Shown here: piece after piece, positions 17,234 to 26,826 of the stretch
Position numbering within the stretch: position 1 is the first letter of the stretch
Layout of the letters: each line of letters opens with the position of its first letter
Assembly (NCBI GenBank): GCA_963789715.1
Contig: CAWBLQ010000004.1
Location: forward strand, 286,367 to 350,366
DNA length: 64,000 nt
Reading direction: 5' to 3'
From: Candidatus Binataceae bacterium
GTDB lineage: Bacteria; Desulfobacterota; Binatia; Binatales; Binataceae
Translations under genes and position numbers: made by a program
Notes under the pieces: generated by a model
Told to the model about the DNA's origin: nothing
Database searches by the model: none
The model's input: only the letters and a program-made list of their open reading frames with translations

Positions 17234-18556
17234 TCAGCACGCGTTAGCAAGATACATCCGATCGGACAGATCATCACAGTTCCACAGCTCGCCTGCATGC
17301 TGTAAGTACTCAAGCAGGTGTTTGAAGTGTTTGATCCAGTACTTCGAATAGCAGTCATGCAATCCGACCGACACAAACTGCCTGGTCTCTACCTCGCGGC
17401 GCAAGCGATGCATCCAATTCTCATAGCTCTCTCCTTTAACCAGATCATAGTCGTCGAGATGGGCCGGAATCCTGACCACCCCTCTATCAAGCGCGGGCTC
17501 CTCAAGGCCGAGGCTTCTGGCCGAAGACATCAGCCACTCGAAGTTATGGTAGGACAGTTGGTAGGAGCTGAGCTCAGGCGTGATAATTGAGCGCGCAGGG
17601 CGGTACCCTTTGACCTGCAGATCTACCTTACGAGCCTTGCCGAGCTGTTCTGGGTCATCGAGATTGTGATCGTAAGTGTGAAGCCCAAGCGCGTGAGAGC
17701 CAACCGCCAGGATGGAGGGAGCAATCTCACGGTAGATGGTTCCGAGCACGTTGTAAGTCGCGCGAACCCCTCGCGCTTGTTCGACTTCCAGCATCTGCGT
17801 TAGCGCAGCCGCGCATTCCGACTTGGACACTTCGGTATCCACGTCCTGCTCGATGTCGTGATACAGGCATATGATCCGGGTTGGTTGCAACGCGCGCTCC
17901 GGCTTGGTGGCCAATCGAGCGATGCGGTTCCGATTGGCTTGCAGCTCGAGGCGCCAATACTCCGCCGCGCCTTCCGAGCGCCGCGCGCACACGTAAGAGC
18001 TGGCCACGAAATCGTATATCTGCTCGAACAAATCGGGCACCACCCGCTTGGGAGTGGCCGCGACGATATGCGCGGCAGTGGGGGATTGGACCGCGTGAAG
18101 TCCAAGATCTTCGGCATAATCCAGGACCGCGTTCAGCAGCATCTTGTACCAATAGCGAAAGCGGTTGTTGAGTTTGGATCCGCACTGCAGATTCAGTTTC
18201 GGGTCGCGGTATATCTGCTGACAAAGATCGGACTGAAGCAGCGTCAGATATCCCTGGTCACCCTCAACGAACATGCCCGCGGATGCGACCAGCCCGTCCC
18301 GTCCCAGTTGCTGAAGATGCCAGTTAACGGCGCGATCGCGAAACAGTTGGACCGGGAAGTCCTCGATTTGCGTCGCATACAAGTTGACCTGGTAACAGGC
18401 GCCGGCCGCCACCCTTTCCGGCCGGACTCCACGTATAGCAAGCTTCTGAAGCGTGTTTGGGTATTGCTTGGGAACGCGAACTACTTCGTGCGGGAAAAAC
18501 TCTCGCGCACGAAAGCCCTTCTCACCGAAGAGAGTTAGATCGTATCCAGCCTTCAT
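17234..18556 (-). CDS. Polysaccharide deacetylase-like C-terminal domain plus an unassigned N-terminal domain
   Basis: C-terminal YHDIE...VRATYNVLG...LGLHTYDH...GYRP...VGLHD resembles NodB-type motifs. The N-terminal about 230 aa were not recognised. Confidence 0.62.
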   Translation of the reverse strand: MKAGYDLTLFGEKGFRAREFFPHEVVRVPKQYPNTLQKLAIRGVRPERVAAGACYQVNLYATQIEDFPVQLFRDRAVNWHLQQLGRDGLVASAGMFVEGDQGYLTLLQSDLCQQIYRDPKLNLQCGSKLNNRFRYWYKMLLNAVLDYAEDLGLHAVQSPTAAHIVAATPKRVVPDLFEQIYDFVASSYVCARRSEGAAEYWRLELQANRNRIARLATKPERALQPTRIICLYHDIEQDVDTEVSKSECAAALTQMLEVEQARGVRATYNVLGTIYREIAPSILAVGSHALGLHTYDHNLDDPEQLGKARKVDLQVKGYRPARSIITPELSSYQLSYHNFEWLMSSARSLGLEEPALDRGVVRIPAHLDDYDLVKGESYENWMHRLRREVETRQFVSVGLHDCYSKYWIKHFKHLLEYLQHAGELWNCDDLSDRMYLANAC

Positions 18557-18572
18557 CGTGTCGTGCGGCTAA

Positions 18573-19385
18573 TCAGCCGCGGGCCTTAAGCCGATCGTGG
18601 ACGCGATGAATTGGTTCTCCATACCAGCGCGAGTGCGCCGCGACGATGCGCGCGCGGTCAGCCGGCGTGACCCGATGCTTGCTCAAGATTCGCTCGAGCC
18701 CGGCCAATGAATCCTCTCGCCTTCTGAGGGTAAGCCGCTCGTCGGAATGGTCGCGGTAATTGTACAGGCTTCGCTCGACGATACTCACCGTCGCTCCGTG
18801 CTCGAGCAGAGTCCAGATCATTTCGAAGTCATCGATTCCAGCGCCCGCAATATCCCCGAGGTCCTCATCGGCTCCTCCGATTTCCTGCAACTTGTGCTTG
18901 CGAAAGAGAAAGAAGTGGCTGAGGTAACTCGCCTTTCGCTCGAGGCTTGGGAGATCTTCGAAGGTGCGCCAACAAGGAACCCTGCTGATCTCCTCAAACA
19001 CGGTCGCGCCGTCGGCGGCGTAGGAGGTCTGCCCGGTACTGACGATGTCGCCCGGGTGACCGAGGCACTGCTCGACCGCGTCGCGCTCTAACCAGTCGTC
19101 GGACAACAGCAGGCCGATTCGGTCCGCGCTGGCCAGCGCAATCCCGGCGTTGATCGCACCGGAAAATCCACGCCCGGGCTTCTCCGGCGTTAATACCAAA
19201 TTGTCAAACTCGTGCATCAGGCCCGCGAGCAGATAGAGATTGGACTGCCGGACCCGGGGCGAATGCGCGACGATCACTTCGCAGCGCGCGCTTTGTTCGA
19301 GTGCGGATCGCAGGCTTTGTTCTAGCCATTCGTCGCGCTGGTCCAGCAGCGGCACCACGATGCTCGCCTGAAAACTACGCCGCAT
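18573..19385 (-). CDS. Glycosyltransferase family 2
   Basis: ASIVVPLLDQ, GFSGAINAGI, LLLSDDWL and DDFEMIW. Start placed at the ATG at 19385. Confidence 0.82.
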   Translation of the reverse strand: MRRSFQASIVVPLLDQRDEWLEQSLRSALEQSARCEVIVAHSPRVRQSNLYLLAGLMHEFDNLVLTPEKPGRGFSGAINAGIALASADRIGLLLSDDWLERDAVEQCLGHPGDIVSTGQTSYAADGATVFEEISRVPCWRTFEDLPSLERKASYLSHFFLFRKHKLQEIGGADEDLGDIAGAGIDDFEMIWTLLEHGATVSIVERSLYNYRDHSDERLTLRRREDSLAGLERILSKHRVTPADRARIVAAHSRWYGEPIHRVHDRLKARG

Positions 19386-19575
19386 CGCCGCAGCCAGCCA
19401 AGGTGCGCCGGATTTTTTTCGCGTATTTCGCTTGCTATGCATCAACAGCAGCAGCATAATCTGGCGCGATTCGCGAGGGAGGTAAAGACTTTGCTAGGGG
19501 GCGAGTGGCAGACGGGGGACGCAAAGTCTCGTCACGCGACACATCGCGCCTTTCGCTTCAGGAAGAGAAAGCGCA

Positions 19576-20382
19576 ATGGCGGCTGAGCTGAGGTGGAAAG
19601 ACTTCTGGTCCGCTCGCTATGCTGCGCTGGCCGGGCGACGGGACCTGCTAAGGAACCTGGTGGGGGCCGAGCTTACCGCACGCTACAAGACCACTATTCT
19701 CGGAGTCATCTGGTTCGTGCTCAACCCGGTACTGAGTATGGTCATCATGGTGGTAGTGTTTCGACTCTTCATGCGGGTCGACGTCCCGCACTATCCGGTG
19801 TTCGTGCTTTCGGCCCTGCTGCCGTGGACGTTTTTTCAGATGGGCCTCAGCAACGCGACTGGATCCATCCCGCGCTCCTCCGGAATGGTGAAGAAGGTTC
19901 TAATTCCCCGGGCACTGATCCCGCTTTCGGCGATCATTGCGAGTTGGATCCATTTCCTGATTTCGCTGACCGTCCTGTTCGTGCTGATGGCGGCGACCTC
20001 GGTGCGCTTCACCGCGTACATCTTGTATTTGCCTGCAGTGATGGTGTTGCAGGCGGTCTTTCTCACCGGCGCTGGATTGTTGACCTCGAGCTTAAACGTC
20101 TTCTACCGAGACATCGAATACCTGATGGACCCTTTGCTGCGCGCGATGTTTTATCTGACCCCGAGCTTTTATCCGCTCAGTTGGGTTCCCAAGCGATTTC
20201 TCAGTCTTTACCTGCTCAATCCGATGGCTGGAATAATCGAGATCTACCGGGAGACGCTGATCCAGGGGACCTTTCCGCGTTTCACGCTGGTGGGCATTAC
20301 CTCTCTCGCGTCATTGCTGACGCTGGTGCTGGGAGTGATGACGTTCGCGCGGTCGGAGCCGCACTTCGATGACTACATTTAA
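19576..20382 (+). CDS. wzm: ABC-2 type polysaccharide export permease (Wzm-like)
   Basis: ELTARYKTTILGVIWFVLNP, LLPWTFF, FYRDIEY, FYLTPSFYP and LNPMAGIIE are typical Wzm motifs. Confidence 0.88.
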   Translation: MAAELRWKDFWSARYAALAGRRDLLRNLVGAELTARYKTTILGVIWFVLNPVLSMVIMVVVFRLFMRVDVPHYPVFVLSALLPWTFFQMGLSNATGSIPRSSGMVKKVLIPRALIPLSAIIASWIHFLISLTVLFVLMAATSVRFTAYILYLPAVMVLQAVFLTGAGLLTSSLNVFYRDIEYLMDPLLRAMFYLTPSFYPLSWVPKRFLSLYLLNPMAGIIEIYRETLIQGTFPRFTLVGITSLASLLTLVLGVMTFARSEPHFDDYI

Positions 20383-21517
20383 CCAGAGCTCGAGCCACTC
20401 CCGCGCATCGAGCACCGGAATTCGGATCGCCTGCGTCTACAGGAATAATCAGCGGGACGAATTTAAGCTCGCGAATATGGCCGATATCCGCTTCTACCGC
20501 ATGGCGGAGGCCCTGGCCCGCCGCGGGCACGACGTCGATATCATCATCAATCTGCGCTCGGCGCCGACAGTACGTGAGGCCGGGCTCCGCGAGATTCCAT
20601 TCAGCTGCGTTCGGTGGCACGAGTACGACCTGATCAAGACGTTCTTTCATCGCGGGTTCGAATCGCTGGCAGCCGAGCACGGCAGCGATCATCCGTTTAT
20701 CGTGAGTAAGCTCGGTTCGGTGGTGGGACCCACGGATGCTGAGGGGGTATACTTTTTTGGCGAGATCCGCGAACGGCTGTTCCGCACTCAGCAGGCGCTC
20801 GCACGCCGCAGCCGGGTCGTGACCGTGCTCACCAATCGCAGTGCCGCGCTGTGGCTGCGAGAGCACGGCGCGGACAACAATTTGTACATGGTCCCGACCG
20901 GCGTGGATGCGGAGATACCGCCGCCGCGAAGTAATCCCTACCTGGCCCGTGGCATTACCGAGCCGGTCGCGCTGTTCACCGGCAATCTCTACTTGAGACA
21001 GGATCAGCCTGAGATCAATCTTCTCTGGCAGGATCGGCTCAACCGGCTGGGCAGAGCGCTTGGAACCCGCGGAATCAGACTTGTCGCGATGGGCACCGGA
21101 GAGACCGACTATCTCGATCCTGCGGCGGTGCTTCATTTCGGTGCGGTCGACGCCGCCGAGATCTGGGATTGGCAGCGGTTCGCGAAAGTGGGTCTCGTGC
21201 TGGCGCAGGGCCAGGTGCAGGACAATGAGAGCAGCAAAATTTACTACTATCTACGAACCGGTTTGCCGGTGGTCTGCGAGCGGCCGGTCCCCAACCGCTG
21301 GCTGATCGAGCAAACCGGTCTGGGCGCGCTGGTTGACTACCAGAACGATGAGGCGTTGGTCGATGCAGCGCTCTCGATGGCCTTTGAACCGCCGCATAAC
21401 CATGGCGTCGAGCAGTATATGGTTGAAAACCACTCCTGGGATGCGCGCGCTGCGCTCTACGAGCCAGTCGTCGAACTTGCTGCGGCGGAAGCCGGACGGA
21501 TTCAAAAGTGGGCGTGA
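20369..21517 (+). CDS. Glycosyltransferase, GT-B fold (GT4-like)
   Basis: RMAEALARRGHDV, VPTGVD, NESSKIYYYLRTGLPVV and NHSWDARA. Confidence 0.75.
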   Translation: MTTFNQSSSHSRASSTGIRIACVYRNNQRDEFKLANMADIRFYRMAEALARRGHDVDIIINLRSAPTVREAGLREIPFSCVRWHEYDLIKTFFHRGFESLAAEHGSDHPFIVSKLGSVVGPTDAEGVYFFGEIRERLFRTQQALARRSRVVTVLTNRSAALWLREHGADNNLYMVPTGVDAEIPPPRSNPYLARGITEPVALFTGNLYLRQDQPEINLLWQDRLNRLGRALGTRGIRLVAMGTGETDYLDPAAVLHFGAVDAAEIWDWQRFAKVGLVLAQGQVQDNESSKIYYYLRTGLPVVCERPVPNRWLIEQTGLGALVDYQNDEALVDAALSMAFEPPHNHGVEQYMVENHSWDARAALYEPVVELAAAEAGRIQKWA

Positions 21518-21627
21518 GCGCTATCGGCACCCGCCTCGATTGCCTTGGCCGCGATCAAGAACTCGCGCGCAAGCCAGCCGCGGAAGCACCCGCGACCGCC
21601 AATCCTGTTTGCGGTTGTGCACCATGA
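21514..21627 (+). CDS. Candidate 37-aa small protein bridging two glycosyltransferase genes
   Basis: The GTG overlaps the upstream TGA (GTGA) and its own TGA overlaps the downstream ATG (ATGA). Translation: MSAIGTRLDCLGRDQELARKPAAEAPATANPVCGCAP. Confidence 0.35.
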   Translation: MSAIGTRLDCLGRDQELARKPAAEAPATANPVCGCAP

Positions 21628-22673
21628 CGCCGCCTCGACTTACATCTCCCGGGTCCTTGTCCATAAGTATCGTCATCATAACCTATCGGCGACTCAGCGA
21701 GCTCTCGCAATGCCTGACGAGCGTTCTGGGAGCGGATTTGCCAAGTGACGCGGAGATCGTCGTAGTCTGCAACGGCCGCGAACCGGCGACCAGCGAGCTG
21801 CTCGAGTCCTTCGCTGCGCGGGATGCGAGGCTCAACATCGTCGAAATCCAGCGGACCTCGCCCGCGGCGGCCCGCAACAGTGCGCTCGCACGAGCGACCG
21901 GTGAGATAGTCTATTTTCTCGACGACGACGTAACCGTGGTTCCGGACCTTTTCTCGCGCGCTCTGATGACATTTGCGACGCGGCCAGACGCGATGGTGGT
22001 CGGCGGCCCCAACCTCACGCCGCCGGACAGTGCTACGTTCCAGCATTGCGTGGGAGAGGTGTTCAGCTCTTGGTTTGGTGCGGCGACGGTTCGCGATCGA
22101 TTCTGCCGGCGCGGGGGCATGCGCCCGGCCGACGACAGCGCGCTGATTCTCTGCAATCTGGCGTTGCGCCGCCCGCTAGTCTCCGAGCTGCCGGAGCCGT
22201 TCAAGGAACATCTGGTCTGTAACGAAGAGAACGTGCTGCTCGGGGAACTCGGCGCGAGTGGGGCCCGGATGCTGCACGATCCCGACCTGATCGTATATCA
22301 CCGCCGTCGCTCGAACCTGAGAGAATTCGCTGCCCAGGTGTTCCGTTATGGGCGCGGGCGCTGGCAGAACACGCTGGTCGCCCCGTCCTCGCTCTCGCTG
22401 GCGTATATCACCCCCGCAATCTTCCTCCTCTATCTGGTTTCGATGCTGTTGGTGCACAATCAAATCTATCATGGACCGCTGCTCGTCTATCTCGGGCTCC
22501 TGCTTGGCGCCTCGGCGTGGGCGGCGCTGCACTTGCGCCAGCCGCGTACGTTTTTTCTGTTCCTCGTCCTGTTCCCGCTCTGTCATGTTTCCTATGGCGG
22601 CGGATTTCTGTTTCAAATGATCAGCTCCGTTCCACTCAACTCCAGCGGGCGGCGTGTGGTATCGCGCACCTGA
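21624..22673 (+). CDS. Glycosyltransferase family 2 with C-terminal TM helices
   Basis: SISIVIITYRR, ARNSAL, VYFLDDD, EENVLL, VYHRRR and hydrophobic C-terminus. The ATG at 21624 is preferred over 21333. Confidence 0.88.
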   Translation: MTPPRLTSPGSLSISIVIITYRRLSELSQCLTSVLGADLPSDAEIVVVCNGREPATSELLESFAARDARLNIVEIQRTSPAAARNSALARATGEIVYFLDDDVTVVPDLFSRALMTFATRPDAMVVGGPNLTPPDSATFQHCVGEVFSSWFGAATVRDRFCRRGGMRPADDSALILCNLALRRPLVSELPEPFKEHLVCNEENVLLGELGASGARMLHDPDLIVYHRRRSNLREFAAQVFRYGRGRWQNTLVAPSSLSLAYITPAIFLLYLVSMLLVHNQIYHGPLLVYLGLLLGASAWAALHLRQPRTFFLFLVLFPLCHVSYGGGFLFQMISSVPLNSSGRRVVSRT

Positions 22674-22703
22674 TCGACTCGACGGAAGCGAGCCACGTCC
22701 GGA

Positions 22704-23663
22704 CTATGGTTGATCGATGATTGGCAGTCCGTTGGGCGTGCGACCGTCTTCTCTGCGCAATCCGAAATAGCGGATCATGAACTCATGCATTTCCGGCTTG
22801 TCGCTATTCCAGCGCCACACGCCATTCGAATCGAGGGCTATATCTCTGTAGGGATCAAATTCGAACCGGCGGAGATTCAGGTGGCGCTGATCGAATTGGC
22901 GATCTCGCAAATGCCCATGCCATAAATGAAAAATGCGGCCTTCGACACAGCCGAGCTTGCCGCCAGCGTCCGTAAAGAATGGATATGCCCAGGTGCGGTA
23001 ATGCTCGCGCTGGTGGGAGTTCATGTTTCCCGACTGTTCCGCGTATTCAAATTTGCCAATCGCCGCGCAAGCAATCGCCTTGTCACCGCTCCCAATGATG
23101 CGGGCGTCGTAGAATCCGTGCTTTTGGAGCAGGCTTCTTGATGACGCCCAGGCCAGTCCGTTGGTAGAGAGCCCGAGAAGGAGAGAACCGGCCCTGCACA
23201 AATCTTCGGGCCGCAACGTCCCAGTCGCAAACTTGCAGGCCATCCCGGGCACCTTCATTTCGACGGACGACGGCCCAGCCGAGTCGTTAACGGCGCCCGC
23301 TATAAGATTGAGGCGCTCACTAAAGAGCTGGACAATGGAGGAAGTCTTCAGCGCGCGACGCGCACGCTCGGGCCAATCGTCCAACGCGAAGATTACATCA
23401 CAATCGAGCCACGCTACGCTGTCGCATTCGGTTGGCAGCGCGCCCAGAGCAACGTTCAGCAGCCGTTCCTTCTGCCACATGACGTCCCCGCCCGAGATTT
23501 GAAGCAATATCTCGGCGTCGGTCTCGCGCAGTTCAAATTTGCCGGTAAACGACAACTCGACCGCCACGAGCGGAACGCTCAGGCGGGACCGAAACAGCCT
23601 ATAGTTGGCGAGGCGGCTCTTATAGCCGGCCGGATTGAAAAAACTGGTGATCCCCCACAGCAC
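22704..23663 (-). CDS. Putative GT-A-like DxD protein, paralogue 1
   Basis: ITSFFNP, VAVELSF, WQKERLLN, VAWLDCD, GSGD and HLWHG. Near-identical to the adjacent copy. Confidence 0.65.
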   Translation of the reverse strand: MLWGITSFFNPAGYKSRLANYRLFRSRLSVPLVAVELSFTGKFELRETDAEILLQISGGDVMWQKERLLNVALGALPTECDSVAWLDCDVIFALDDWPERARRALKTSSIVQLFSERLNLIAGAVNDSAGPSSVEMKVPGMACKFATGTLRPEDLCRAGSLLLGLSTNGLAWASSRSLLQKHGFYDARIIGSGDKAIACAAIGKFEYAEQSGNMNSHQREHYRTWAYPFFTDAGGKLGCVEGRIFHLWHGHLRDRQFDQRHLNLRRFEFDPYRDIALDSNGVWRWNSDKPEMHEFMIRYFGLRREDGRTPNGLPIIDQP

Positions 23664-23685
23664 GAATTTCGTTACAGCTTCGAAC

Positions 23686-24618
23686 TCAGTTGGGCATGCG
23701 ACCGTCTTCTCTGCGCGATCCGAAATAGCTGATCATGAACTCATGCATTTCCGGCTTATCGCTATTCCAGCGCCACACGCGATTCGAATCGATAGCTATA
23801 TCCTGGTTGGGATCAAACTCGAACCGCTCAAGATTCAGGTGGCGCTGATCGTATTGACGATCTCGGGAATCTCCATGCCACAAGTGAAAGATGCGACCTT
23901 CGACGAAGCCGAGCGTGCCGCTGTCCGCGAAGAAGGGATCGGCCCAGGCGCGGTAATGCTCGCGCTGGCGTGAATTCATCTCGCGCCCCTGTTCAGCGTC
24001 TTCAAATTTGCCAATCGCGGCGCAAGCAATCGCCCTGTCACCGCTCCCGATGATGCGGGCGTCGTAGAATCCGTGCTTTTGAAGCAGCCTTCTTGATGCC
24101 GCCCAAGCCAGTCCGGTTGTTCCGGACCTGAGATAGAGAGCGCCCGGCGTGCAAGAATCCTCCGGCCGCAAGGGGCGTTCCGTCACGAAGTTGTAGGCCA
24201 TCCCGCGCACCTTCTTTTCCACCGACGGCAACCCCAACGAGTCGAAGGCGCCCGCGGCCATATCGTGGCGCTCACTGAAAAGCTGAACGACTGGAGAAGT
24301 TTTCAGCGCGAGTCGCGCTCGCTCGGGCCAATCGTTCGACGCGAAAACGACGTCGCAATCGAGCCACGCCACGATGTCGCACTCGGCTGGCAGCGCGCCC
24401 AGGGCGATGTTCAGCAGGCGCTCCTTCTGCCACATGACGTCTGCACCGGAGATTTGAATCAAGATCTCGGCGTCGGAGTCCCGCAGTTCAAATCTGCCGG
24501 TAAACGACAACTCGACCGCCACGAGCGGAACGTTCAGGCGGGACCGAAACCTGTGGTAGTTGCTGAGACGGTTCTTGTAACCCGCCGGATTGAAGAAACT
24601 GGTTATTGCCCACAGCAC
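23686..24618 (-). CDS. Putative GT-A-like DxD protein, paralogue 2
   Basis: Same motifs as paralogue 1. RBS GGAGG precedes the GTG start. Confidence 0.65.
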   Translation of the reverse strand: MLWAITSFFNPAGYKNRLSNYHRFRSRLNVPLVAVELSFTGRFELRDSDAEILIQISGADVMWQKERLLNIALGALPAECDIVAWLDCDVVFASNDWPERARLALKTSPVVQLFSERHDMAAGAFDSLGLPSVEKKVRGMAYNFVTERPLRPEDSCTPGALYLRSGTTGLAWAASRRLLQKHGFYDARIIGSGDRAIACAAIGKFEDAEQGREMNSRQREHYRAWADPFFADSGTLGFVEGRIFHLWHGDSRDRQYDQRHLNLERFEFDPNQDIAIDSNRVWRWNSDKPEMHEFMISYFGSRREDGRMPN

Positions 24619-24642
24619 GGATTTCTCCTCCCGCTTCGAATT

Positions 24643-25737
24643 TCAAATTCTGACGCACCGCGACCACATATCCAGCATTCGATCCATTTGCCGGGGCAGC
24701 GAGAACTTCTCTTCGATTCTTCGGCGCGCCGCGGTACCCATTCTCCGCCGAAGGTCCCGATCAGATAACAAACGCTGGGCGCAGTTGGCAAATGACTCCG
24801 CATCCCCGGGCGGTGTCAGCAAGCCCGTCACTTCGTGCTCGATCAATTCGGGGACTCCGCCGACGCTGGTTGCGACCACCGGCACTTCGCATGCGCCCGA
24901 CTCCATCAGGCTCACGGGCATCCCTTCGCGATCGCTGGTAAGAACCGAGATGGTTGCGCGCTGCAGGAATCCTATCACCTGATTTTGTTCCGCGGCGCCT
25001 GCCAGCTCGACGACCTTATCGAGCCCCAGCTCCATTCGTACGCTCTCGATTGCTTCCCGCTCGCTGCCTTCGCCGATCATTACGCAGCGGAAATCCACGC
25101 CTCGATCTTTGAGAATCGAGCATGCGCGCAGAAGAAGGACGAGATTCTTTACCGGATGGTACCTGGCGACGCATACGATCAGCGGAGACACTGCGACGCC
25201 GTTCGCATTGAACGATTCAGGGAAGTCATCGCCAACGCGCCGGGGACGAAATCGCGACGTATCTACACCTGGAGCGATGATATCGATCCGGTCGAGTGGT
25301 ACATCGAAATTGTTCGAGATGTATCGCGCGTTTGCCTGTGACACCGTGACCAGGCCCGCAGAGGCGCATACGCGATCCCTGAAATCCGACGGCGGTTTGC
25401 TATAGATGTCGTAGCCATGCGCGGTGAACGTGAACGGCACCGCGAATCTCGCGGCCAATCGGCGTGCTTCCGTGGTTGCTTCGGTCGCGAAATGGGCGTG
25501 TATCAGGTCCGGCCTGAACTTCTCGAGAACGTCGTCGAATTTTTCGACGTAAGTGGTCGCGCGATCCAGTCCGGCATCAGTGATGAAACTGTGGCGTAGC
25601 TGAGCCTCCGGCTTGTGAAGAGCGAGGATGCGGACTTCAATCTCGCGCCGCTGCAACTCAACCAATTCGGACGCGATAAAGGTCTCGGAAAATTTTGCGA
25701 AGTACTTGACGACATACACAACACGTCGCGGAATCAT
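24643..25737 (-). CDS. Glycosyltransferase family 4
   Basis: FSETFI, HAHFA, FTAHGYDIY, PGVD and EGMPVSLMESGACEVPVVATSVGGVPE. Confidence 0.9.
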   Translation of the reverse strand: MIPRRVVYVVKYFAKFSETFIASELVELQRREIEVRILALHKPEAQLRHSFITDAGLDRATTYVEKFDDVLEKFRPDLIHAHFATEATTEARRLAARFAVPFTFTAHGYDIYSKPPSDFRDRVCASAGLVTVSQANARYISNNFDVPLDRIDIIAPGVDTSRFRPRRVGDDFPESFNANGVAVSPLIVCVARYHPVKNLVLLLRACSILKDRGVDFRCVMIGEGSEREAIESVRMELGLDKVVELAGAAEQNQVIGFLQRATISVLTSDREGMPVSLMESGACEVPVVATSVGGVPELIEHEVTGLLTPPGDAESFANCAQRLLSDRDLRRRMGTAARRRIEEKFSLPRQMDRMLDMWSRCVRI

Positions 25738-25821
25738 AAGGCCCGGCCTCGCGACGCCATCTCGATGGTTCTTGTGAAGTTGCCATTCATGGTGACCAAA
25801 TCGATCCGGCTGAGATGCGCT

Positions 25822-26826
25822 CTACTTCGGAGCCGCCGCGCTGAAGTTCAAATTCGTTGCCGGGCCGTCAGCAGGACCGTCCTCTTCTCGGGAAAAGAAG
25901 TAGTCGCGGACAAATTGATGCATTTGGGGCTTTGGGCTGCTCCATCTCCATGCACCGCCGCGACCTTGAGTTAGATCTCTGAACGGATCGAATTCGAATC
26001 GCGCGAAATCAGAATTTCGAAGCCGGTATCTTCGATTTTCCAGATCGCCATGCCACAGATGCAACACGCGGCCGTCGATTGCACCGACCTTTCCGCGCAC
26101 TTCCGCAGAAAAGGGTTCGCTCCACGAACGGTAATGTTCGACTCGGCGGGTATTCATCTGCAGCTTGATGATACAACGATCGTGGTCGCGCGTGGCCGCC
26201 GACAGCATCGCCCTGTCGCCGCCGCCCACTATGCACGCATCGTAGAATGCGTGCTTTTGCATCAGATCCCGAGGCGCCGCCCAAGCTCCGCCGATCACGT
26301 AACCGCGCCTTAGACCGGTTGGGTCGTCCGGATAATCCTCAATCGACTTGCCGGTGGCAATTCTCCCGGCAATAGATTCGTCGATTCGATACAACGCGGT
26401 CCTGTTAGAACGAAAACCTGGGTAACCTGGCGCCAAGTGTCCCCACTCGCGGAATAGCTGGACCAGGGAAACCTTGCTCAACTCGCGCCTCACCCGGTCC
26501 GGCCAGTCGTGTAGTTCAAACACAACGTCGCAATCCAGCCAGGCGACAAAATCGCACTCGTCGGGGAGACTGCGAAGGCCAACATCGAGCAGCCGTTCTT
26601 TCTGCCAGAGCATGTCGCCGTCGCTCAGCTGAATCAGAATATCGGCATCCGCCGGGCTCAGCTCGAACGGGTGACCGAAGGACAACTCGACCGCGACCAG
26701 TGGAACTTCCAGGTTTTTTCGAAATGTCAGGAAGTTGGCGAGGCGCCGTTGATAGCGGCACGGATTGAAATAGGACGTGATCGCCCAGAAATCGGAGTTC
26801 GTGTTGCGCACACAGGCTCCTTTCAC
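25822..26826 (-). CDS. Putative GT-A-like DxD protein, paralogue 3 (more diverged)
   Basis: ITSYFNP, WQKERLLD, VAWLDCD, GGGD and HLWHG. GTGA overlap with the upstream GT4 stop. Confidence 0.65.
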   Translation of the reverse strand: MKGACVRNTNSDFWAITSYFNPCRYQRRLANFLTFRKNLEVPLVAVELSFGHPFELSPADADILIQLSDGDMLWQKERLLDVGLRSLPDECDFVAWLDCDVVFELHDWPDRVRRELSKVSLVQLFREWGHLAPGYPGFRSNRTALYRIDESIAGRIATGKSIEDYPDDPTGLRRGYVIGGAWAAPRDLMQKHAFYDACIVGGGDRAMLSAATRDHDRCIIKLQMNTRRVEHYRSWSEPFSAEVRGKVGAIDGRVLHLWHGDLENRRYRLRNSDFARFEFDPFRDLTQGRGGAWRWSSPKPQMHQFVRDYFFSREEDGPADGPATNLNFSAAAPK

